A stretch of 64,000 nucleotides of DNA from Octopus sinensis (Eukaryota). Made by a program: the position numbers and the translations under genes. Positions 27,536-38,995 of the stretch are shown piece after piece (the first letter of the stretch is position 1; each line of letters opens with the position of its first letter). The notes under the pieces are model-generated. The model ran no database searches and was not told the DNA's origin. It was given only the letters and a program-made list of their open reading frames with translations. The stretch lies in contig NC_043000.1 of the NCBI RefSeq assembly GCF_006345805.1, forward strand, positions 120,032,001-120,096,000, in the 5' to 3' direction.

Positions 27536-28229
27536 CATATCTGATAAGGTTCTTAATGTATTATTCCATTGCTAACTCTTACAGGCACCAATGTCTCTGA
27601 TACATTGTGGCGCTTTGTAATTATGTGCGTGCGAACATATTTTTCTATTATGTTTCATTTTCCGTCTAAGTGATTCTTGTTTATCATATAACTCATGGCT
27701 AGGCCAGCATATGACATGTTGAGCAGAAGCGGACATATATTTAATATCCAAATAACATTTAGATATTAAAAAGAAAATAAATACATAAATAAATAAATAA
27801 AAATTAGAATAGAAAATTAAAATGCAGAACAAAAAGCCAACAAAAAAAAAAAACGAGTTTTTTTTTTTTAGTTTTATTTTATTTTATGTTGTAATTGTTG
27901 ATTAAAAATTAGGATTTCATATCTTTGAGAAGTTTGTGAGATGACACTAAATGGACAACCGATCAACCAAGAAAACAAACTGAACCAAATCAATGGAACT
28001 TTGTTTTGTTGGCTGGTTTGGCTGGATGGTGGGAATGGTCGTAGAAGTGCACAACATTATTCTTGTGAAAGGAGAACATTTTATAGAACATCAGATCTGA
28101 TACGTTGACATGGAGCCAGTTTTTTTTTTTCCTTTTTTTTTTTTTTTCAAGATTTTGTTGTCTTGGTTCGATTTAATTTGTCATTTTCTGGTTTGATGGA
28201 ATTCGTAGAGTTAATTGCTAGCTACGTAA

Positions 28230-29170
28230 TGAGCACCTGTGCTGGTGCCACATAAAAAAGCATCTGTACCTGTGCCATGTAAAGAGCACCTGTGCTGGTG
28301 CCACATAAAAACGCATCTGTGCCTGTGCCATGTAAAGAGCATCTGTGCTGGTACCACATAAAAATCGCACCTGTGACAGTTCCACATAAAAAAAGCAACT
28401 GTGCTGGTGCCACATAAAAATCGCATCTGTGTCGGTGCCATGTAAAGAGCACCTGTGCTGGTACCACATAAAAACGCATCTGTGACAGTGCCATGTAAAG
28501 AGCACCTGTGCTGGTACCACATAAAAATCGCATCTGTGTCGGTGCCATGTAAAGAGCACCTGTGCTGGTACCACATAAAAACGCATCTGTGACAGTGCCA
28601 TGTAAAGAGCACCTGTGCTGGTACCACATAAAAATCGCATCTGTGTCGGTGCCATGTAAAGAGCACCTGTGCTGGTACCACATAAAAACGCATCTGTGAC
28701 AGTGCCATGTAAAGAGCACCTGTGCTGGTACCACATAAAAATCGCATCTGTGTCGGTGCCATGTAAAGAGCACCTGTGCTGGTACCACATAAAAACGCAT
28801 CTGTGACAGTGCCATGTAAAGAGCACCTGTGCTGGTACCACATAAAAATCGCATCTGTGTCGGTGCCATGTAAAGAGCACCTGTGCTGGTACCACATAAA
28901 AACGCATCTGTGACAGTGCCATGTAAAGAGCACCTGTGCTGGTACCACATAAAAACGCATCTGTGTCGGTGCCATGTAAAGAGCACCTGTGCTGGTACCA
29001 CATAAAAATCGCACCTGTGACAGTGCCACATAAAAAAAGCAACTGTGCTGGTTCCACATAAAAACGCATCTGTGCCTGTACCATGTAAAGAGCACCTGTG
29101 TTAGTACCACATAAAAATCGCACCTGTGACAGTGCCATGTAAAGAGCACCTGTGCTGGTTCCACATAAAA
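28230..29170. repeat. Higher-order minisatellite: 53+54 = 107-bp dimer of SINE-derived units
   Basis: Unit starts at 28439, 28492, 28546, 28599, 28653, 28706, 28760, 28813, 28867, 28920 (strict 53/54 alternation); the track ORFs repeat every 107 aa (3 x 107 nt). Confidence 0.93.
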
Positions 29171-29635
29171 AAAAAGCATCTTTGCGGTGCCATGTTGTGC
29201 CATGGGAAAATTTGCTGTAGGAAATTTTGCTGGTTGGGCAAAATGCTTTGTGACATTTCTTCCAGTTTTATGTCCTGAGTTCAAACTCCACTGAGGTTGA
29301 CACAGCCCTTCATCTTTTCAGAGTTAATAAAATGAATACTAATTGTGCATTAAGGTTGATGCAAGTGACCAGCCTCTTCTCCCAAAGGTTCAAGCCTTGT
29401 GCCTGTAATAGAAAATAATACTAATACCATGAATCTCACTAATCTGTAAGGGTCTGCCATTACCAAAAGGTACTGCCTCTTCAAAACCTAACATGCAAAA
29501 GAAAAAACAGGTCCTCAGGAAATAGCCGAATGTAATGCTTGAAGCAGAGATTATAGACAAAGAGAATGTTAGGATTTGTTTCTAAATGCAGTGGCCACAG
29601 CTGCTGCTGCTTGTTTGTTTGTTTGTTTGTTGAGC

Positions 29636-30020
29636 GAAGCGGTCTTCATCCCAGAGCTCGCAAGATTGCACCTCAGGATTGTCTGTAGTGGAAGAAGTAC
29701 GAAACGTGGCCCTTTGCTATTCGTAAGACCCACAGAAGAGAAAGCGAGTCAACCTCCGGCACCGAGAGCATCGACGGATAGATGAATGCGCATCCAGGCT
29801 CAGCGGTTGCGTAGGAAGTCGGGGACAAGAAACAGGAAGAAAGAGTGAAAGACAGTTGTAGCGAAAGAGTACAACAGGGGTCGCCACCACCCACTGCCAG
29901 AGCCTCGTGGAGCTTTAGGTGTTTTCGCTCAATAAACACACACAACGCCCAGTCTGGGAATCGAAACCGTGATCCTCCAACCGCAAGTTCACTGCCCTAA
30001 CCACTGGGCCATTGCGCCTC
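29636..30020 (-). mobile_element. tRNA-derived SINE (V-domain-like family)
   Basis: Minus head GAGGCGCAATGGCCCAGTGGTTAGGGCAG...GGTTTCGATTCCC; body homologous to 49949-50240. Confidence 0.8.
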
Positions 30021-30899
30021 AACTGTTGTTGCTGTTGCAGCTGCTGCTGCTGGTGGTGATGGTTTTTCTCTTCTCCAATACTTTTGTAGTAGTTACTTGT
30101 GTTAGCAGTTTTAAATCTTTGGCTGTTCTTCATTTCAATGTAACAAGTTTTTATTTGGCTTTCTATGTTTTTCAATCTTGTTTTCATATGAGACTCATTT
30201 CGTCACACTTGGGCTGTTGCCATGGTTCACCACACTGAAAGACATGCTTCAAATGTTGAATTTCTTCCCCACTTCTTTTTTTTGTTTTTTAATATATGTT
30301 TCGACTTGATTTCCTTCCCAGCAACAGCCATTGAACTGTAAGGTCTGGGTACAAAATATTCTTCAAGTTCCATAGATTTGATTGAATAAATAAAGGAATG
30401 CCTTTCTTTTTTTTCTTGTTTTGGAGAATAGAAGAATTTACAAAGAGACATAAAGCATTGTCGGCGTTTGGGAGATAACTTATATGACATTGTTTTGGTT
30501 ATATGAAATTTCACCAAAAGCATTTTTGCTGTAAGAAAATTCACCTTAAAAAAAGAAATAAATTGCGAAAAAAAGATTAGCTGTTTTCTTGAAATGGCAA
30601 CTTCATCAACTCAGCTACCAATTTGCGAAAGGTAATTTCATTAATATGAGTTGTCTAGTTTGTAGTCTGCTTGTGTGTCTCCTTTATGGTAAAATTTCCT
30701 ACAGCAAATTTTCCCATAGCACAAATTTATTTGGTCATTCCATAAATAATGTGGGTTTTTTTCAATTGCATGAACTAAAAGTTGGAGAGGGACAGGGTAA
30801 AATATCTGCATCATCTTGCTATAAAAGCAGGTAGAAATGTTACCTTGTTACTTATTCTTGGTGAAAGTTTCGAAGAGTGCAGTTCGATTTTAAGTTATT

Positions 30900-31510
30900 T
30901 TTCCAAAGCTATTAATAGAAGTAACAGAAAAGCATATTTGGCTTATTTTGCTTTAAGAGTTCAATGAAGGCAACAATACAATGGAAAGTATGAGGAATAT
31001 TAATGCAGTATATGGGGATCAGACAAGGTCTACGGTGGTTCCAGAAATTCTGAGCCAGAAACTACAGCCTAGAAGACAAGTCTTATCCTGGAAGATCTGT
31101 AGAGCTTGACGAGGACATCCTGCAAACCCTAGTGGAACAAAATCCCGTTGTAACTGTTGAGGAACTAGCAGAGAAGCTTGAATTTGGTCATTCAACTATT
31201 CATTGATACTGTGTGCCCTTGGAAAAGTCAGAAAATTGGGTCAATGGGCTCCTTGCAAACTTACCAAATCTAATCGCATGCAGAGAGTGAATGTGTGCTC
31301 TTCTTTGGTGTCAAGTCTCACGAATAAACCTTTTTTGGACTGAATAGTGGCTAGTAATGATAAATGGGTTCTCAATAAAAATGTCAAGTGCTGAAGACAG
31401 TGGGTAGGGAAGGGAGAAATACTGGCACCCCAGTCTTCACCTACATAAGGTGTTGTTATTTGTTTGGTGGGATATGAAAGGTTTAGTTCACTTTGAACTT
31501 TTAAACTTCA
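30900..31510 (+). mobile_element. Degenerate mariner transposase
   Basis: RWFQKF...LEDKSYPGRSVELDEDILQTLVEQNPVVTVEELAEKLEFGHSTIH and HLHKVLLFVWWDMKGLVHFELL, with stops and frameshifts. Confidence 0.85.
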
Positions 31511-31906
31511 CACAAGACAGAAAGATGCCAAAAAGACAGGTTGGTTCCTCTCCATTTTTTTGTAAATTATTAAATATATCTCCTTCTGTGTATATATATA
31601 CTACCAAACAAACATGATTTTTATTGAACTCCTAATACTTTTTGTTGAATATTTTCTTAAATACTTTCTTGTAAACTCTTTTTAACATTTTCTTATTATT
31701 ATCAAAGAATGTATATATGTATTTTAATACTTTTGTGACAACCAGTACTTAACACGACAAAGCTTATACAAAGCTTTACATTTTACTTTTGACAATCTTT
31801 TTCTAAAAAAGTGAAACCGGTCAAGTGAATAAACATCTTTAAAATTGCATTTTCAAACCTTCTTTCATATATATTTCCACTCATGTGGAACCTTACAACT
31901 TTACTT

Positions 31907-31964
<58 letters not shown>

Positions 31965-31967
<3 letters not shown>

Positions 31968-32300
31968 TAGTGAGAATCTACAAGAAAACAAAAGACGAAG
32001 ATGAGTATGTAAACACCAAACAGATGTATTAGTTTAATGTTTGGGAAGTGCGAAAGTCTCTTATGTTTCGACCCTATGCTCTTCACAGAAATAAACAGGA
32101 AGAGAAAATAGAAAAGGTTTAGTGGCAAGCGATCTATCATGGCGAATGCTGGACAGAGGGGGCCGACAGGAGAGCTAGGAAGAAGGGGAGATAATAAAGC
32201 AATGGTGATCTCAAAACGAAGGTGCATGTGTATGTGCCTGTAGAAGATGGCTGGTGACCTTGACATGTGCATGTGTAAGTGTGTGAATGATGGTGCAGGT
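31965..32300 (-). mobile_element. Penelope-like-derived repeat with hammerhead-like relic
   Basis: Homologous to 50880-51150; minus strand has TTT-CTGTGAA-GAGC-ATAG-GGTC-GAAAC-ATA at about 32058-32092. The Penelope assignment is inferred from the motif. Confidence 0.55.
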
Positions 32301-32370
32301 GCTGGGAAGTGGTCAGTGCTAGTGTGTGCAGGGTGGTGTAATGTGGTGGTGTGGTGTGATGGCGTTGGGG

Positions 32371-32462
<92 letters not shown>

Positions 32463-33078
32463 GGTTAGTAGAGTTAGAGTTTGGAATAACTGACTCAGGG
32501 ATAAAAGTATCCGTTATACTACCGGTATAATAACCTGTGTTTAACCCTGGACATACATATGAAGGCATATTATGCTCATAAATAATAGGTAAAGACAAGA
32601 ATAAACATGAGTTTATCAGGAATCAAATTTAAAGTTTACTTAAAATTTATATTTCATTTTTGGATTTGGTTTGCAAGAATCTTTGTGAGTTCATCTGTTG
32701 AATCATATTCTGTTGTGTCTGGAAAGAGTCATTCTCTTTTAGTGCCTTATAATATAACACACTCATCTGTAAACTTTCCACTTATTTCGTTTTTTTTTTT
32801 TTCTTTCTAAAATTTTCGTTATGTCTTCCAACCTTTTCAATAGTTTAAAATTTATATACTTTGGCGTATCTGCTGATAAGACCTTTGCCTTGCAAATTAT
32901 TTTATTTGCTAATTACAGTTCGAAATGTGAGGTCCGGCTGTAAAACATGGTAAATGGTTTTATTTTTCATTCGCTTCGAAATTGCTCTTAACTGTGTTTT
33001 GGACTTTTTGACTGTTCTTTCTAGTATGATAGGCAACCTGTTATGGCTTGCCTCTTTGTGTATAAATGTACACTAATT

Positions 33079-33145
<67 letters not shown>

Positions 33146-33471
33146 CTGTTGTGTCTGGGGAGAGTCATTCTCTTTTAGTACCTTATAATTTAACTCGCTC
33201 ACCGGTAAAATTTCCGGTTATTTCTTTTTTATTTTCCTAAAATTGTTGTTGCATCTTCCAACCTTTTCAATAGTTTTAAATTTATATGTGTGTGGGTGTG
33301 TGTGTGATGGTAGATTCTCGTAGTCTGAGCAAGACGGTTCTGTTGTTTCTTGCTGAATGATCCGCATGAATGATTTATTTATAGTGACCAAATGTTTGTG
33401 TAGACATCAGCTCACTCTCTCCATCAAATCAACGTTTGTTTATACAGGTGTATCAGCAACATAAAATGAAG

Positions 33472-33923
33472 TACAGCTCTATATTTAAGAGATGAAGAAT
33501 TATGTACATTATTTATATTATTTACATTCGACGGATATTTGTCCTCATCTTGTTTGCTGTTAACACATTTCGGCTGATATATCCTCCAGCCTCCTTCAGG
33601 TGTCTTGGGAAAATTTCGAACCTGGGTTCTCATTCCTAAGGTATTTTTCAATGTCATTATTATTATCAATATTGTTATTGTTCAGGTCACTGCTTGGAAT
33701 CGAACTTGGAATCTTGGGGTTAGTAGCCCATGCTCTTAGCCACTACGACATATGCCCGTGGACATATGGTGTAGTGGTTAAGAGCATGGGCTACTAACCC
33801 CAAGATTCTGAGTTCGATTCCAAGCAGTGACCTTAACAATAAGAACAACAACAAGAACAACAATAATAATAATAATAATAATAATAACATCGAAAAATAC
33901 CTTAGGGATGAGAACCCAGGTTC
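33472..33923. mobile_element. Palindromic element with central back-to-back tRNA-like heads and a disabled hammerhead in the left arm; right arm truncated
   Basis: Symmetry centre about 33758; inverted arms extend to about 33617 and 33923; right head has A-box-like TGGTGTAGTGG (33768-33778) and B-box GAGTTCGATTCC (33810-33821); left arm matches 47042-47195. Confidence 0.85.
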
Positions 33924-34554
33924 TCTTCTAGACCATTGTGGTTCATACCGTTCATATTTTTTCTTGAATCTTTGTTGGTTAATATCGGCAGGAAAGACAT
34001 AACTAGGGAGAGAATTTCAGAGGGACAACATTTGAAAAAGGAAGGACTGGATGTAGGAATCAGTGCAGGACCCAGAGAGTTGGACACAATGAGATGAATA
34101 AGAAGAGAGAGGTGAGAGGGGTGTAAATGATTGGGTAAGGATGACATGAGTTCAACCACCTCTAAGGAACAGAGGCCTTTATGGTGTGCTATTGTTTCTT
34201 CAGTTTTTTAGCGGGCAGAATTGGCTCAGGTTACATGAGAGTGAGAGTTTAAGAAGTTCACTTTCCAAACACATGGTTCTGGGTTCAGGTCCATGTTATG
34301 GCACTTTGGGCAAGTGTATTTTACTGGGTTTTTTTTGTTTACTTGAGAGCTAGAACAAAATAGCATCTCATTGCCAGTGGTAGGTTTTGAACCTGCATTT
34401 CTTGAATAAACAAGTAATTCTTTATCAAAATTCCTTATGCATAGTTCCTGTGGAAAGTGACAATTCTCCATGTTGAAATATGTGGTGGTGATATATGTAT
34501 GTATGTATGTATGTATGTGTGTGTATGTGTGCATGTATAGATAGATAGATATGC

Positions 34555-34608
<54 letters not shown>

Positions 34609-34668
34609 GTGTGTGTGTGTGCATATATATATATGTGTGTGTGTGAGTGTGTGCATATATATATATAA

Positions 34669-34712
<44 letters not shown>

Positions 34713-36162
34713 GTGCATATATGTATATATATAATGTGCATATATATATATTTATGTATGCATATACATATATATATAGATATATATATGTGCACATAGA
34801 TTTGTATTTATCTGTATGTTTGCATATGTATGTATACGTATTTATGTATGTTTGTCTTTGAGTGTCTATATACATATGGGTGATTACAAATATATGTGTG
34901 TATATAATGAGTCATAAATTTATAAGTGCTCTATTAAATGGCTTTTAAAGGTCCATATGTGATTTTTTTTTCTCTTTAAAAAGAATCAACATTTGTTTGT
35001 ATTGTATTGTGTTGTATTTGTTTGTTTACAATATTAAATCAACAGAATATTTTAACAGTTTCCGTCATTGCAGAGAAGGACATTTTTACATGCAGCAGTG
35101 CCGGCATTTCACTTTGCGTGTGCATGTGCATGCACACGCATGCATGTGTATGTGTGTGTGTGTGTGTGAAAGACTTTGTGTGACATAGTGGGGCAGTAAG
35201 ATGAAAGTGTGTGAAAGTGTATAGAAAAATAGAGGGAGAGAGATAGGAGAGAGAGAAATAGAAAGAAAGAGACAGAGAGAAATAGAAGGAGAGAGAGACA
35301 GAGAGAAATAGGAGAGAGAAAAAGAGAGAGGGAGTTGGGGGAAAAAGCAGGTGCATGAACAAACAAGACAGGGAAAATAAACGAACTGGTGAAATGACAA
35401 TTTATCTTTTTCGCTATTCTTTATTATTATTATTATTGTTATTATTATTATTATTATTATTATCTGCCTCCTCATCACCATCGTTGTCATTACTGCTGTC
35501 TTCGTTGTTCTTTTTCTATTTTAAGAAAATAACCACCTTGCATTTTGCTTAAAGTAATTGGTAAAATGGTACCAATTGGTATGTTCTTGTCAGCCATTGA
35601 GTAAGTGGAGCGGAGGATTAGAAAGGTGGTGGGGGTGGAGTCGAGGGAGGAGAAGAAAAAGGAGAAGAAGAAGAAGATGAGAAATGGAAAAAGAAAGGAA
35701 AGATGTAATAAGCTAAGGAAATTCACTTCTCACCATTTTCCATCAGACCCCCTTCACCAATTTTGTTTTCCCCTCTTTTTTTTTTTTGTTTTTGGCATAT
35801 ATGTATGTGGTGGCGGCAATGGTGATAGTGGTGGTGGTGGTGGTGATGGGAAGATTTACAGTTGTAATTATTTCGACAAAAGGGACGGGGGGGGGTTTTT
35901 TCCCCCTCCTAAAACATGGCTGAAGTAAAAGAGAAAAGAAAAAGAAAAAGAAGAGAAAAATGAAAAAAAAACACAAAAATAACAAAGAAAGAAAGAAAGC
36001 ATTAAACAATCACATAGCATTGTTACCATGTCGTGTTTTTGTATAGAAAAAAAACATAAAAAAACTGAATGTGATGGCTCTGTGGTTAGGTTGGTTATTT
36101 GCTGGATATTGAAAATGGTTTGTAAATCTTTAGCTGACCCAAGAAAGTCTCTGATAAGAATT

Positions 36163-36323
36163 GTGGCTGTGTTGTAAGAAGCTTGCTTCCCAATCACATG
36201 GTTCCAGGTTCAGTCCCACTATGTGACACCCTGTGCAAGTGTCTTCTTCTACTATAGCCTCAGGCGGCCCAAAGCCTTGTGAGTAAATTTGGTCGACAGA
36301 AACTGAAAGAAGCCCATACTATG

Positions 36324-36362
<39 letters not shown>

Positions 36363-36365
36363 ATG

Positions 36366-36412
<47 letters not shown>

Positions 36413-36665
36413 TGAAATATATTTGCCGCTTAAATGTTTGTGTGTCTTTGTGTCTGTACCCCACCACTACCACCACCACCATTTGATAACTGATCTTGGT
36501 GTGTTTACATCCCTGTAACTTAGTGCTTTGGCAAAAGAGATCAACAAAATAAAGTACCAGACTGAAGAAAATAGAAATACTGGTGCTGATTACTTTGACT
36601 AAAAATCCTTCAAGGTGCTGCTCCAGCATGGCCACAGTCTAATGACTGAAGCAAGTCAAAGATAA
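36163..36665 (+). mobile_element. Major tRNA-derived SINE
   Basis: Family head, internal (TG)/(TA) tract and GCTCCAGCATGGCCACAGTC tail. Confidence 0.8.
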
Positions 36666-37676
36666 AAAAAATGAATTCTGTAGGAGTTGGTTTTGTTGTT
36701 GTTGTTTAGTCTTCAAGTCGAGTGAAGGTGCTATGGCCTGGTGGTTTAGGGTGTTACACTTTCAATACCAGATCGTGGTTTCAATTCTTGGACCGGGTGA
36801 TGTATCGTGTTCTTGAACAAAATGCTTCATTTCATATTGCTCCAGTCTACTCAGCTGTAAATGTGTTTACCCTGTGATGGACTGGTGTCCTGTCCATAGG
36901 GAAAGTTGTCACCTCAGTCGGATATACGCCATGAAAACCAGGTAACTGGCTTGCTGAGTCCTGGGGCTCAAGATAGAACTACTACTATGATGAAAGCGAT
37001 GACGACCATCACCACCACATCTTCTACTATAATCTACAGCCAGTAATCAACACATGAGCAAATATTGCTTGGTAACATAGTGAGCTGAAACTATAGGGTG
37101 AGCAGACAGCAGGAGAAATCTTAAGAAGAAGGACTGCCAGGAAACAAGTGTTTTGGTCCATTTGTTCCTGACACTCTAAGGGAGGTGGGCTCACCTGGGT
37201 AGTGATCCTATGTGTTCACCTGCTGTTATTTAATTACTACTTTCAGTAGGGATTGAACTTGAAACCTTTGGGTGAATTGCAAGCAGACAAGAAGGATTCA
37301 TCTACTTGGTAATCAGATCTAAATGTTCAAGGACTTAAAACAGCAATGCTCAGGAGTTGTTGTTGATGATGATGATGATGTTGATGTCATCGTTGTCTTC
37401 AAGTTGGTCCTGATCAAGCTAACTTCTGATTAAAGGCATTCCAGCTCTGACCATCCTGTCATACCATTCCATGGACTGGATTGTAAAGATACACCCTCAT
37501 TTTATCTTCTCTCACCAGATCAGTGAAAAAAAAGTTGCCTCCATTGCCTTCAAATGCTTTCAGCAGGCTAGGGCAGACCTCTCCCTTTTTTTCCTTTCAA
37601 ATCAAAATGTTGACTGTTGAGAAACCTATTTTGGTCACACTTTCCACTGCTAAAAGCCTTCCACTAACTTCCATAT

Positions 37677-37925
37677 TGCCCTTGGTGGTCCATATGACTC
37701 TTGGGGGTCCATATGGCCCTTGGTGGTCCATATGGCTATTAGAGGTCCATATGGCCCTTGGGGGATCCATATGGCCCTTCGTGGTCCATCTGACTCTTGG
37801 GGGTCCATATGGCCCTTCGTGGTCCATATGGCTATTAGAGGTCCATCTGACTCTTGGGGGGTCCATATGGCTATTAGAGGTCCATATGACCCTTGGTGGT
37901 CCACATGACTCTTGGGAATCCACAT
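37677..37925. repeat. 19-bp minisatellite (CTTGG.GGTCCATATGGCC) at the end of a hAT-like MITE
   Basis: About 13 tandem units running into CCACATAAGATTTTG, which resembles the start of the MITE at 49757. Confidence 0.8.
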
Positions 37926-38960
37926 AAGATTTTGTTAAAATTTATGAGCAGTAAATTTCTTTTACTTCTACGTTACACTAAATATTTTAATTTTCTTTGA
38001 TACAATTCCTAATAATATTTAGTTATGAAAAAAATACAGTAGGTTGTTTTTTTTCTATGTGTTGCATGGCTATGGAGGGCAACTAGAGCAAATAAGAGTG
38101 AAAAGAGTCCATGGGCAATGAAAACCGTTGGTTGTTCACTTGCTGTCAATTGGTGTCAATTATGGCATCTTTTAATGCTCTCCCCCTACATGGTTTATCT
38201 TTAATGCTGGTTTCCTTTCCTTTAATTTTCTTCATCCCCCTGCATCACGCTGCTCTTGGCAGTGGGGTCTTTCTGTCAACAAGCTGTGACCTCCTGTGTT
38301 TATTTGACAGCCTGAACTTTTCTTTTGTCAAGAACTCGATGTCAGCTTGTGGCTTCTGCTTGGAACCCATTATTTGCCTAAACGTGAAGAACATGAAGAG
38401 GAAGAGTTGCTAAAGCTGAAGATTTACTCCTTTCATATGTGCAATTTCATTGGCCAGAATTGCATTATTTTGGTACGACTCTTGTATATTGGGGTTGCGC
38501 TGAATAATTAGCAGATAATCAGTAATCAGTCATAGAAGACATTTTGTCAATTAATCAGAATTGGCTTTTTGGCCAATTAATCCACTTTGATAATCAATCA
38601 TTCTTGTCTTTTTATTCATTTATTTATTTATTTATTTATTTATTATTTTTATTATCATTATTATCATCATCATTGTTATTTTTATTATTATTATTATCAT
38701 TATTATTATTATTGATAAGGTGGTGAGCTGGCAGAATCATTAGCACACTGGATGAAATGCTTAGCAGTATTTTGCCTGTCGTTCCATTCTGAGTTCAAAT
38801 TCCACCAAGGTCAGCTTTGCCTTTCATCCTTTCAGGATCGATAAATTAAGTACCAGTTGTGTACTGGGAGTTGATGAAATCAACTTAACCCCTCCCCTAA
38901 ACTTCAAGCCTTGTGCCTTTAGTAGGAATTATTATTATCATCATTATTATTATTATTATC

Positions 38961-38995
<35 letters not shown>

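Noticed and set aside
28211-29284. Three long overlapping minus-strand ORFs (269-357 aa)
   Set aside because: All three frames are open only because the tandem unit lacks stops; the 107-aa period equals 3 x the 107-bp repeat. Not a CRISPR array either, since there are no unique spacers.
33760-33830. tRNA gene
   Set aside because: No proper acceptor stem or long variable arm; it is a SINE-type head in a repeat.
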